Origin: Callorhinchus milii
Lineage: Eukaryota
Assembly (NCBI RefSeq): GCF_018977255.1
Contig: NW_024704743.1
Coordinates: 89,964,001 to 90,028,000, forward strand
Length of the DNA stretch: 64,000 bases
Direction: 5' to 3'
Part shown: positions 13,591-26,310 of the stretch, piece by piece
Layout of the letters: every line of letters begins with the position of its first letter
Position numbering within the stretch: the stretch's first letter is position 1
Made by a program: the position numbers and the translations under genes
Notes under the pieces: generated by a model
The model's input: the letters and a program-made list of their open reading frames with translations, nothing else
What the model was told of the DNA's origin: nothing
The model's database searches: none

Positions 13591-16119
13591 TTCCCTGTGC
13601 ATGCTCATGCAACGAGTGACAACCTTACAAAACTTGATATGATGTGGAGGTTCAAAAACAAACTGAGCTTCATCATGCTTAATGGAAACTAGTCTGAAGC
13701 AATGAAAATGCTGCGAGATTATAGCTTGCTGCTAGATATAATGATTTTAATAATGCATGATAAAATGGGGAAATCTCAGCTCACAATACAAATAAAAAAA
13801 CATCTACAGTATTTTCAACACCTGGATCTTATCAATCTCCCATCCTCTCATTTTCAATTGATTTATAGAAGGTATTTGCTAAATTACGCATATGAGACTT
13901 AAACAAGCCTGAAATTACATATAGCTGGTTGGGTTCGATGTCAATTTAGAAAAAGGATACAGAAGGTGATGACAAATAGAAACAAATCCATTTGGAATAG
14001 TGGCAAGGGTCTTTCTGGATTATCTGCTGTTCACATCACTAATAAATGACTTGTAGGAGAGTATGACTAGAAAAATTCCACTATTTACTGATGGTAAAAA
14101 CTATATGGTAAAATAAGAGGATTAAATAAAATTTAAGATTATCTGCAGATAGGCCATGAAGTGACAGACAGATTTTAATCTAAAGTTTTAGATGTATCCA
14201 GTAACAGAAGCAGAGAAGGAAAAGGATTTCTCTCTCTCACACTCCCCAGTATGGTCATTGATTTCTCTTTGAAGAATTCTTGGCAATACAAAGTCAAGTT
14301 TTATTTTGAAGGCTGATTCTGCCCAAAAGACCCCTCATTCGGGATAGTCTGGAATTGAATAAAATCTCAGAAGGGAGAGAACACTAGGTTCTGATCTATT
14401 CCAATGTACCATAGATGGGTACTTAGGAACAAGAGATGGCCAATTAGTCTATCTGTCATTGCATTAGATTACACCACATTTTGATTCTCATTTCTTAGTT
14501 TTTTGTCCATGTCCCTTAATAATCTTATTTCTAAGCATGTCAGCATCAGACTGTGTGTCAGTCTGGCTCAAACCACCTTAAAGTGAAGGCTTTGAGAAGC
14601 TTCGACGACGTGATATAGCGCTGCATCAAATGAAGGATTATTATAGGTATCTATCTAGCTGCAATATAAACATCCTTGTCTCTCATTGCATTTTTGTATA
14701 CAAATCTTAATCTAATATTTGACTATTAAAATATATATTAAAGTATAATCTAAAATAAATTAAACATGGTTTGAAACACATTAAAATATAAAACCAATTT
14801 AGTATAGAGGAAATGATGAATCATCAGAAAAGCAATTTAATTCCTGTATAATTTGCTTCGAAGAACAGAATACAACCTGAGGATTTTACTATGGGTTAAT
14901 CTAGTTTATGATATTAAAATCATTAAACATACAAATATTTATCATTCATCTGCAAAAAAAAGCCACACTGTTTAAGTCCTACATTTTCTCTGTAACAGTG
15001 CTTGGTTGGGGTATTGTGCATACACCCAAGGAAATGATGGTTTCACTAAGATAATATTTCTAGAATCTCTCCTAATTATCTACTATGTTTGTAGACCTGA
15101 AACTCCATTGGGATTAAGACTGTATTGCAATTAAAGAGACTGCATGATTAGGTTCTCAAAGGCTGTTATTTCTAACCTAATTCAATATGTCCTATGCTGC
15201 CATTTGTATGCCAGAAATAGCCATAACAGAAAATTCAGTGCAAAAAAATGGTACCACACAGTCGCTGAATCTCATTTTCTTTACCCTTCGATACACTGTC
15301 TCCACTGAGACTAGTTCAAGCTAATAATCTAGGGAAAAGGAAGTTTGTTGAGAACTTTTTAAGAACTACAGCTAAAACAAAATCCTTGCATTTTCTGTAG
15401 GGTTTGAAAGAACCCCCAAAACAATTCTTTACTTAAATAAAATCTTACAATTTAAATAAGGCAACTTTTTTATACTTTAATACAATTTACAATTCAGCTG
15501 CAAAAACTCCATTGTTTTGGACATCTTGGGACTTCCTCCCAATGTGAAAGGCACTATTTAAATGTGTATTTGTATTTTATTGAAGTTTTAACATAAATCT
15601 TAAATAATCCAGTAGAATTACCTTCCCCTTTCACCCCACATATGTGTCGCTGCTTAGAATGACGCCAATTTGCTGGGAGGTCAGCAATTTTACTGGCAAA
15701 CTTTGTCAGACTTAAACTGATTCCAAATGGGTTTATAAATTGGCACTGATGGGTTTTCATAAGAGACTCTTGGAACTAAAATTAAGACAGATGAGCTAAA
15801 AATAAGGTACCAGCTGAACTCAACATTATCCTGAGAAACAGCACTCAAATGTTGCCTCCAAAGGTTAGGCGAAAATATTTTTGTCCTGCTTGCACAAACC
15901 AGGTTTCCAAGATGCACCTGAACAAATTTTTAAAAAGGCTTCTGTCTAAACTACTCACTCACAAACTGAAAAAGATAAATAGATAATTACCTAAAAACTA
16001 GCCAACTATAGGGGTATTCTGATAGGGCAGGTAAACCAGACCGAACGGATTGATTTTAAAGGAGCATGCACAGCTATGGTAGCCTTCTTCTGTGGTTATC
16101 TTCTGTGATAAATTTCTAA

Positions 16120-16372
16120 GGTCAATGGAAGTTACAAGAGGACGTGGGTTTAGAGTTGTAAAGGGAAATTTCAGTTCAGATACCAGGATTTTTTTTACGG
16201 AGAGGGTAATTAACAGTGGGAACATGTTGCCAAGAAAGGTGGTGAGGCCATGACACTGTGATCGTTTCAACAGCTTGATGCAGTGATTGGGGAGGGGGAT
16301 AGTAGAGTGGGTGTTCTGGAGGGATGAGGTAGGATGGGCTGAGGAGCCTTCTTCATCCAGAATAATCTTGTG
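16120..16372 (+). mobile_element. CR1 LINE 3' end
   Basis: TRGRGFRVVKGNFSSDTR.FFTERVINSGNMLPRKVV-like coding remnant and a CR1 3' UTR. Confidence 0.75.
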
Positions 16373-18185
16373 AAGGTCCAGTTTGTGAATGTCAAATTTT
16401 AGATGCTTCACATTAAAAAACTGAGCCACTAAATATAGGGTTTTAATATACATCTTTTAACATGTTGAAGTTCACTTCACTCCAACTCTGATTTTACCAC
16501 AGTTCTCCTACAGTACTATGAAACCAAACTGACGTGAGCCTGCCTCCCTGAATTTGGTCTGGGGCTTCTGAAACTGCAGTCATGAACCCCAATAATTTGT
16601 TACAAGCAGTGTAATATAATCAGACTAAAAATGCAAGGATGAGAAAGCTAGTTTGAGAGATAAGCCACAAGATGTACAAACAGTTTGAAAAGCTGATGAA
16701 TTTAGTTAATCTCCTGTTGTTTTATATTTCATCCTCACTTTGGAATTCTATAATCACTCTCTAGTTAACTCTGAAGAGTTGCAAGCTGCACAAGAACATC
16801 AACCAGTTTGGTGCTGGCAGGGTAGCCAGACTTAGTGTTCTATTTATATCTTAAAGTGGCATTATGCAATGGCAAATTAAGCGCAGAATTTTAAAAAAAG
16901 GTTGATGTAAAGCAGTTTACCTGCAAGACGTTGCTGAAATTTGAAATAAACCTGATTAAGCTTCACATTTAATCTTGTCATGAATTTAACATTGTTTAAT
17001 CTCTTTAAGAGTTGAACCAGTTATCTGCAAGTGACTCCAGCATCTTTGGGTCACAGATGAAAGGACTGAGCTGCAGCTCTTGGAGGAGATCTGTCTCTAG
17101 ACTTGGACTCTTAACTGTGTCTGACCCTTTGCAGAGGCTCTGGGAAACAACAAATGATGAAGATTGATTTAGCACCAATTAATTAATTAATGGCAGTGGT
17201 ATTGAGTCTTATGTTAAAATTTTGAGATCGCACTGCATTGTGTCAGAAATAGCGTTTAGCTCAATACTTGTAGCATAATACTTGTTTGTGCTAAACACGT
17301 CTTGGGACGTCCTCCTGACCTGAAAGGCGCTACACAAATGTAATCTTGTTGTTGTTAACCTCAGTACTTGGATTCTTGTACATAGAATGTTATATGATAG
17401 AAATGGACCCTTCAACCCAACAAGATCCATGCATAATCTGCATTGTAATAATAATAATCCTTGCATTTGAAATTGCGCTTTTCACGTCTTGTAGATGTCT
17501 CAAAGCGCTTCAAAGAATATGCTGTAAAGTGAATTGACCGTATATTTGTGGGCAATTGTATACATAATCACATGTATTGTAGAGAGTGTGGTAACACTGC
17601 AGTAATAAATTCCGAAACCCTTATAATAAATGTTTGTTTCGTAATATTGGCAGGTCAATATTGCTAAACAAACATTCACTTGTTATAAGGGATTCAGACT
17701 AATGAAAATGCAGGTCTGAATAGTTAAAGGGGTGAAAATCACAATGTTTCCTAATAAATTTAATGCAATTCTCACACCGAATGTGATAAGAAGTGCTCCA
17801 CTGGTACTGATTGCTAAAATGCGCAACAGCCCAGCAATACACTAGACAGAGCTCCTTTCCTTCATGTACAAAAAATGCTGCACGCAGGCAATGTGAAATA
17901 TTGGCAAACATAAGGGGCTCAAAATTGGGTGCAACATATTTTGAAAATGTTCAAGCAAATTTATGGAGGCCTTAAAAGAATTGTATTTATATATACATGT
18001 CCAAAATTATTTCTTTGGAATTCACCACTGTAATACTGCTAATTGCACCATATTAGATGCTTAATACTACCCACTATAAGGTTGCTCACAGAATCCATTC
18101 TTTAGAAAACGTTTAATGCCTTAGTTACTTTATGTAAAGAATTTACCTGCTAATCCTTTAAGTAAGGAAGGAAGTTACTGCTTTC

Positions 18186-18390
18186 ATAATAATAATAATA
18201 ATAATAATCCTTGCATTTGATATAGCGCTTTTCACGTCGAGAGGACATCCCAAAGCGCTTCACAGAAGCCACTGTAAAGTGAATTGACTGCATATTTGTG
18301 GGCGAACGCGGCAGCCAATTGCGCACAGCAATGTCCCACAAACAGTCGTAGATTGAAAATAACCAATTTAGTATTATTTTTGGTTTTGGA
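18186..18390 (-). mobile_element. tRNA-Ala SINE, 3' half
   Basis: (ATA)n tail and a body close to the 60528-60852 copy. Confidence 0.9.
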
Positions 18391-18522
18391 CCTCGTTTTG
18401 GTCGTTTCATGACCTCGCAGGTTAAACTTCTAAGGATTCACGAATCCTGAACTCCACAACCAGCAACCTGCACACTTGAACTAGCACTAGCCTTGAACTA
18501 GCACTAGCACTTGAACTAGCCT

Positions 18523-18800
18523 TCAGCCCCGAGGCTCTGGAACTCCATCCCCCAGTGCCTTCGCCGCCTCCTCCCTTTCCTCCTTCAAGGCCGGTCTCAA
18601 GACCTTTCTCTTTGACCGTGCCTTCAGCTCCCCTCTCGACTCTCTACCCCCTCCTCGCTCCCTCCCTTCCCTCCCCTCACCCTGACCATTTCCCCCCTCC
18701 TCGCTCCCTCCCTTCCCTCCCCCTGACCATTTCCCCCCAAAGCTCGGGTACAGCGCCTTGGGACGTCCTCCCGAAGTGAAAGGCGCTCTATAGATGGAAT
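18523..18800 (+). mobile_element. 5'-truncated L2 3' end
   Basis: Nearly identical to 11200-11450, with a duplicated C-rich UTR unit. Confidence 0.9.
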
Positions 18801-18814
18801 AATATATAATAATA

Positions 18815-19034
18815 TAAATAATAATCCCTCCAAAAAAACAAAACAATAATAAATTGGTCATTTTCAATCTACGACTGTTTGTGGGACATTGCTGTGCGCA
18901 ATTGGCTGCCGCGTTCGCCCACAAATATACAGTCAATTCACTTTACAGTGTGTTTTGTGAAGCGTTTTGGGACGTCCTCCTGACGTGAAAAGCGCTATAT
19001 CAAATGCAAGGATTATTATTATTATTATTATTAT
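18815..19034 (+). mobile_element. tRNA-Ala SINE, 3' half without the head
   Basis: Inverted relative to 18186-18390 and ends in (TTA)n. Confidence 0.9.
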
Positions 19035-19413
19035 AGCACCAAATACCCTGAAGGGAGCTAGACTGTTCAGAAACTAAGAGAGACAAGGCTCCCAAATGCA
19101 CAAAATGAAGACTGCCTGTGAGTGTGTGACTGTGGGTATGCACATAGAGTTTAATAGAACTCGGCTTTGAAAAAATAGTATTTTAAATTGTAAATTATAG
19201 ATTATATGGACAATGCCACAGAAAAGCATGGAAGAAATTGAATAGGGGGATTTAACGGTTGACTGTTTATCCTCGCTATGCACAATGCAGGCCATACAGA
19301 AATCTTATTTGCCAGAATGGGGGTTTGGTGCCAGTGGGTTTGAAAACAAAAGTGATGTGGCAGACTTTCAGAGATTGTTTAATATCAATGTTTCCAATTA
19401 TCCTTCATTATAT

Positions 19414-20192
19414 TGAGCTGTCCTTTCTCCCTCACATCCGCACCACAACTGGCACCGCCTTCCATCACCTCCGGAATATCGCCAGATTACGGCACTACCT
19501 CACCCCTCACGCTGCTGAAACCCTGGTTCACGCCTTTGTCACCTCAAGGCTGGACTATGGGAACTCTCTCCTCGCCGGCCTTCCCGGCACCTCCCTCCAC
19601 AAGCTGCAGGTCATTCAGAACTCTGCAGCTCGTGTACTGTCCCGCACCAGGCTTCGGGACCACATCACTCCTACCCTCGCTCGCCTCCACTGGCTCCCCA
19701 TCCCCCAGAGGATTGATTTCAAGATCCTCATCCTCACCTACAAGGCCATTCACGGCCTTGCTCCCTCCTACCTCTCCAACCTACTATCCCCCTACCTACC
19801 TGCCCGTACCCTCCGTTCCTCTGGCTCCGGTCTGCTCCACGTCCCCCGCCCCAACCGCCCTACCATCGGTGGTCGGGCCTTCAGCCTCTCAGCCCCGAGG
19901 CTCTGGAACTCCATCCCCCAGTGCCTTCGCCGCTTCCTCCCTTTCCTCCTTCAAGGCCGGTCTCAAAACCTTTCTCTTTGACCGTGCCTTCAGCTCCCCT
20001 CTCGACTCTCTTCCTCCTCCTCGCTCCCTCCCTTCCCTCCCCTCACCCTGACCATTTCCCCCCTCCTCTCTCCCTCCCTTCCTCCCCTCACCCTGACCAT
20101 TTCCCCCCTGCTCGGGTCATGACCCAACTGTGCAGCGCCTTGGGACGTCCTCCTGACGTGAAAGGCGCTCTATAAATGGAATCTTGTTGTTG
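19414..20192 (+). mobile_element. Young 5'-truncated L2 LINE (ORF2 C-terminal region, UTR and tail)
   Basis: Open frame [30 protein letters not shown]...[14 protein letters not shown]...[15 protein letters not shown]...RLWNSIP, followed by the stem-loop and (TTG)n tail. Confidence 0.95.
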
Positions 20193-20278
20193 CTGTCACA
20201 GTACAAAGCATTAAAAACAAAAGTGAGTGCCTCCGTACCTCTCTCATCCAACCTGATACTGTTAACATTCCAGATATT

Positions 20279-20641
20279 TAGTCCTGTAGCTCAGTAGTTA
20301 GACCACTCGCCTCATAAGTGAAAGACCTGGATTCTTTTCTCAGCAGGGCGAAATGTTGGCCTAGTTTCCTTACTAAACACACCTCTGTTTACCTAGCAGT
20401 AAGTAGGAACCCAGTTATTTGTTGATGGCGGATCGCTTTTCCGGGGATAATAATCCTTAAAAAAATAATAATTTGGTCACTCAATCAACAACTGTTTGTG
20501 CGACACTGCTGTGCGCAATTGGCTTCCATGTTTCGCCCACAAATATACAGTCAATTCACTTTACAGTATATTCTGTGTAGCGTTTTGATACGTCTCGAAG
20601 ATGTGAAAAGCGCTTTATCAAATACAAGAATTATTATTATA
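20279..20641 (+). mobile_element. tRNA-Ala SINE, full length, long variant
   Basis: Head gtcctgtagctcagtagttagaccactcgcc and tail ttattatt. Confidence 0.85.
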
Positions 20642-20749
20642 TATTTATAAAGAAATAATCAGTATTAAGCTCTCTGGGACTCTACCCCATGTGAAGGGCA
20701 CCATATAAATGCAAGTTGTTGTTTGATTTCATTCATTTTCAATCATGAA

Positions 20750-21075
20750 TGACATTTTTCCAAGCTTCCTGGTATCTATCCTGAAGTTGCCATTTGCAAC
20801 CCTAAACCCATCTCCTTTTGTTCTAGTGTCTTTGCGCATCCTAAAGTATTGTTCAGGGTTTACTTTTTCAATCCCTTTCAAACTCTTACTTGCCTCTATG
20901 AGATTCTCTCTGAGTTGTCTACTTTCGAGACTAGCTTGTCTAATTATTGCTCAATCCCTTTAATGCTCATTTTTCACCTCTGCATTGCCCCGAGCTTTAG
21001 TGGCTCCCTTATGCTGCAGTGATCAAGAATGTATACAGCACTCTAAGTATGGCCTGGCCAAAGCACTATATTATA
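20750..21075 (-). mobile_element. CR1 fragment
   Basis: Reverse complement of CR1 ORF2 C-terminal sequence (caatccctttcaaa..., aaagtattgttcagggtttactttttc). Confidence 0.65.
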
Positions 21076-21217
21076 CATACCGATAAGACCAAATTCAGTA
21101 AACTCCCTCAAACTGAGCAGATAACACGTAATTTGTTCTTGATGAAAACAAACGTGTATAAATTAGGCTCCACAGGACACCTTGTGTTATATCTACATAC
21201 TGCAGTCAATTACAAAT

Positions 21218-21700
21218 AAACAACAACAACTTGCTTCATATAACGCTCTTCACATGGGGTAGCATCTTGGATCACTTAACAGTGAAGTTTGATGCCGAGC
21301 AGGGGAGAGAAGGGATGTGACTATATGCACACTCGAAGAGGAAGGTCTTCAGGTATGGTCTGAAGATTGACAAGGCAGAGGGACTGAGACAGAGATTTCC
21401 AGAGTCCTTAGGCATAGCTGCTGAAAGTACAGCATCTGATTATGGAGTGGAGGGGATGAGGAACGTTCAGGAGACCAGAGCCAACTGGATGAAGGGGGTG
21501 GGTTGAGGGGGTGTAAGCAAGGTGTGAAGTGATTTGAATGAAATCGATCCATTCTGCACTAGGAAACCAATGGAGCCTGGCAAGGACTGGGTGATGGGCT
21601 GCAATTTTTGAATTCATTGGATTTTATAAATGGTGTAGCTGGGGAGGTAGGTAAGGATAGCACTGGAATAACTGAGGTGGGAGATGACAAATGCGTGAAA
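21218..21700 (-). mobile_element. Old L2 3' fragment
   Basis: (CAA)n tail at 21220 and the minus-strand remnant HPVLARLHWFP...IDF. Confidence 0.75.
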
Positions 21701-22196
21701 TACACAACTGAAACTTGCACAAAGCTCTCTTCATTGGAATGTGAAAGTCAGATAGCCTTGCTTTGACTGCCTTGAGATCCCATTCATAAATCCTACAAAC
21801 ATTTCATGAGGTGGAAGAGCAAAATCAAAAGTTGAACACACAACGACAATTCATGAAGATGGTATCCATGGATGTGGGGAAGATTTTTAATTATCTCCTA
21901 TGCATTGCACAAATCTCTGGAGCCTGTGTTAGCTGTGCCAAATGCAAAGGAAAATAAATATCTACATCCAACTTTGGTCGGAAAAGTCTTGGTCACGAGG
22001 AAAAGCTGACAATCTCAGTATTGAAATTCAATAAACAGTACGTAATGACATTTGCACAAGAGAAACAATTCATTTATAATGCAAGAAAGCCACTTACTCA
22101 TGGTTCATGAGGAATTGATCAGAACAAAATACATTTAAAATCTTTTTTTAACATTGAGTCTACAAATACTGTCATGGATGAGTTGGGCTGAATGCC

Positions 22197-22261
22197 CAGC
22201 GCCTTGGGATGTCCTCCGACGTGAAAGGCGCTCTATAAATGGAATCTTGTTGTTGTTGTTG
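22197..22261 (+). mobile_element. L2 tail-only insertion preceded by templated filler DNA
   Basis: cagcgccttgggatgtcctccgacgtgaaaggcgctctataaatggaatc(ttg)n. GTATTG flanks the composite insert at 22018-22023 and 22261-22266. Confidence 0.9.
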
Positions 22262-23364
22262 TATTGCATGAGCAAAAGGCGATTCCTTTAATTGAATGGT
22301 GGCAGATAATGACTCAGACAGGGGACCATGGCTGAGGTTAATCAGATTGAGGATGAAAGTCATTCACTCAACACAGGTTTAATGCATCAATTTCATTTCC
22401 ACATATCAATGCCAAGCATCAAATTTTATGTTCCGCTGCAACCTAACTTATCAGAAGAAAGCATTCCTTGGCTGTAAGAGTTGCCTATAGTGATATGGCA
22501 TGGCTCCCCGGCATTCAGCCCAACTCATCCATAACAGTATTTGTACCCACCTGAGCCTCTTCTATTCCTTTCTCCCTCTTGTATGAAAGTTTTCTTTTAA
22601 GTAAATTGATACTATTTGGTTCAACCACAGCTTCCATGTTTCAATATTCTTGCCATCCTCTGGGTGAAGAATTTCCTCCTGTACTCTATTAGATCTACAA
22701 GCTACCATATTTTTTGAGTGATGTCATCAACTTTACAGGAAACACAGAATAAAGTAACATCGAGAATACTTTTGTTCTACCACTGCAACTTGGAACGAGA
22801 CATCAATGACTTCAAACTGAGTTTGTCACTTTTTGTTGAGACATGCAGAGGAGGTGTCATGAAAATAATAATCCTTGCATTTGAAATAGTGCCTTTATCG
22901 TGCTTCACAGGATTTGCTGTGAAGTGGAGTGACTGTCTATTGTAGACTCAATGTTAAAAAAAGATTTTAAATGTATTTTGTTCTGATCAATTCCTCATGA
23001 ACCATGAGTAAGTGGCTTTCTTGCATTATAAATGAATTGTTTCTCTTGTGCAAATGTCATTACGTACTGTTTATTGAATTTCAATGTTTTAATAATGTCT
23101 TCAATTTGTCATAATCCCAAATCACAATATAAAAATAAAGAGTAATGATAGCACTGAGACAATGCCTGTAAGTGCAGTGGTTTCAAAAAAGATCATCCTG
23201 ATATGTTTTCAAATTGATTCATGAACATACAATCAAAAAGTTCCAAGTTTTCCTAACTTTAAATTGTGTCCTTTATTATGCAGTGGGATGGGGGAGATGG
23301 AAAGTGGTTTTGTTCTTCTCTTCATGAATATTATGACAAAGAGCAAGTAGAATAACACTTAGCT

Positions 23365-23945
23365 AAAGCAATAACCAAGGCAAAAAGGATTTGGGGCTAT
23401 ATTGCTAAATCAGTTGAGTTTAGATCCCCACACATCATACTCGGGGTGCATCGTGCTCAGATCAGAACATATTTTGAATAGTATATACAGTACTGGTCAC
23501 TGCGACATAAGGGGACTGCACAGGCCCTAGAACCATCGCAGAGGAGAGCAATGAGGATGATCCCCAGTGTTAGAGGAATGAGCTATGAGCAGTGAATAGA
23601 CAAACTAGGGCTCTTCAGTCTTGAAAGAAGGGACTCAAAGGTTCATAAAATGGGATTGAAAAAGTAAACCCAGATTAATACTTTAGGATGCATCATGGTA
23701 GCAGAACAAGAGGGCATAGGTTTAGAGTTGTAAAGAGCAATTTCAGGACAGATACCAGAAAGTTTTTCGTTAGTCAGAGAGTAATCAACAACCAGAACAG
23801 GTTACCAGGAAAGGTGGTACAGGCCAAGACACTGGACTCATTTAAAAAGCAGCTTGATGGTGTGATGGGGCGATAGTAGAATGGGTGTTCTAAAAGAATG
23901 AGATTGGATGGCTGAAGAGACTTCTTTATCCAACCCCATCTTGTG
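23365..23945 (+). mobile_element. CR1 LINE 3' fragment
   Basis: SRTRGHRFRVVKSNFRTDTRKFFVSQRVINNQNRLPGKVVQAKTLDSFKKQLD in the ORF track is a typical CR1 ORF2 C-terminus. Confidence 0.85.
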
Positions 23946-25029
23946 ATCAGAAAATAGCAACAGTTTTGCTTCATTTTCTTAATTTTTAAGAAACCCAAGT
24001 GAAGGACACTGGACAGTTGTTAGCTGAGCATGTCTGTGGCATTATAAAGTGCCATGTGAGGAGCTGCTTAAGTAGTCCAGCTGCATCGACTACTCCGCCT
24101 GTCACAGTTGTTAGGCTCCAGTTGGTAGTTAATGTTATGGTCGCAACTTATAACCACCACAGTCCAGGCAGACGCTCCAGTCCAGTGTTGGGTCTGTACT
24201 GCATTTTCAGAAGTGCCATCTTTGTTCAAGCAGATGTTCAAGATTTCAATGGCACTATTTGAAAAGAGTTTCTCCCAATGTCCTGGCCAACATTCCTCCA
24301 AAAGCCCCAAAATTGGTCATGCATTTCATGATTTGTGAGTCACAGAATTTGTACTACAAGGTACAGCGAAAAATTCATCATTAATGAATTAAGGCTATGA
24401 CTGCCTCCAAAAGAAATCTAAAATCGAGTCCATTGGTAATTAAGATGTTTTATGCTATCATATTCTCTCTGGTAAATCATGCTAGAGATTGCCACTGCTC
24501 CACACAAAGCACAATTCAATGTTCAGAGATACCTTCTGAGCACATCAATCGCTTATTTCACTCCTCTATTACGATATTGCCACATTAGGAAAATAAATTA
24601 CATTTTTCAAAAGACCTTTAAATAACTTCAAAGTCCACACATTGACTAATTTGAATCATAGAACTAAAATTGTGACAGTAAATGTCATGATTGAGTTCAT
24701 GGCAGAGCAATGGAGATTCATTTTGCACTTTGCTATGCTGACATTCTGTATATTACCTAATAAATCTAATGCTTATTAAGACTCAAAATAGATATCATTA
24801 ACATTTACATCCTACAATTATGAAGCATATACTTCCTAATGTTTAAAGTAGCTTTTAACTTTAATTTGGAGATTTTACCTAATAAAGAAAGCAAATTACA
24901 GAACAAATAATATGCAGCAGGACAAAAATCAATTTGAGCAGCTCTAAAACATGCTTCACTTGTGGCAGAAAAATTGCCATGAATCAAATGCATCTTTTTT
25001 TGTTAGTCGGGTGTCTGACACATGCAGAA

Positions 25030-25560
25030 ACTCATCACCTAAGAGTATCCAAACTAAACTGAGAATTCCATGCATCCTACCTACACATGGAAATCCCAGA
25101 GATAGATTGTTGGAATGGAATGCACACTCTCTCCCTGGATGGATATAAACTGCTTACCTAATTCTGGAAAGTATTAGGCACAAGTTGGCAAGAGCCAAGG
25201 CTTGGGGACCCCGAGTGTGCGCTGAGTCACTGCTGGAGTCTAACCAGCTAAAACCACATAGCTTGCCATTGATATTGTTATCTGGCAACCTTTTCAGCTC
25301 CTTGTCCAGTTAGGGCTTTGGGTTGCAGGGTTAACAGGAGCTTGTTTACCCTTCCAGGTGTTGCTGAAGTGTCAGGATGGCAGGGCTGTCATAAGCAGTG
25401 CCCTGGAATACTGCAGACCCGCCTGGCACAGGAACCAGACCACCAAGACTGCCACAGACGCTCGATTCCGACATTCTGTTGCCAAACATGTCATCTTGGA
25501 GCCAGTTCAGCTCCAAGGAGACTCTGTTTACCTTCCTGCCCCCACTCCGCCCAGGAGGAT
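25030..25560 (+). repeat. Unclassified ~530-bp interspersed repeat, longest copy of a family with at least 5 copies here
   Basis: Homologous blocks at 5290-5625 (-), 12640-12880 (+), 51255-51650 (-) and 62660-62760 (-). Confidence 0.7.
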
Positions 25561-26310
25561 ATGCATCTCTTCTGGTCCCTTTTTAAGTTCTGCCATGGGA
25601 TGTGTGTGTGAAAGGTTATAGCTCCATCCTTGCTCACAAAACAGGGAGATTGGACTAAAGTACGTTGTAACCTGTTTAGTATCAAGATAATATCTTGCTC
25701 AGAAATCAGTGATTGGGCTGTGTTCTCAGTGTTGAAGCGACAGCGGCAATTTTTGGGTGGTTTTCTTAATACATTGATGATGGGACAATGGAGCAGCTTG
25801 AAAAATATTTATACAAAATGGGGAGAAAATCCCTGGGCTCACCGTGTTATACTTATTCCTCCCAGTAAATGAATATTTACTATTTACATATCAAACTCAG
25901 ATGCTGAGCATATCATGCACTGATGAATATACTGAGCCATAGTATTCCACTGGGAACAGCAAGGCATCACAGGGAACAGAAAGGCATCAACTCGTCAATG
26001 TTAGTAGTATTGACGAGTTAATCCTTCACTCATAAAGGAGAATATTATACTGTATTTTTTTTCAAAATGAAATTCTTTTTTAAAACAGAATCTTCTTCCT
26101 GATGTTTGAAATTCATGTGCAATGGAGAAATTTAGCTTTTTAACACTGGAATTTATTTCACATTGGCAGTACCATTAGGGTTTGAATCCACTTGTGTGAA
26201 TGGCCCATTATAGTTGGATTTCCCAGAGAAAGGGGTCCCAAACAGGATACACCATCCAATGTTTTGAAATTCTGATACTCGCCCAAATAAACAAGAATTA
26301 TATACAATCT

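Noticed and set aside
18186..19034. Composite DNA transposon with long terminal inverted repeats
   Set aside because: The arms are ordinary SINE 3' halves with simple-repeat tails, and no transposase or shared TSD is visible.
19259..20051. Long ORFs of 240 aa and 212 aa as host genes
   Set aside because: They are L2 ORF2 C-terminal sequence and an alternative frame of it. The element is 5'-truncated with no endonuclease or complete RT.
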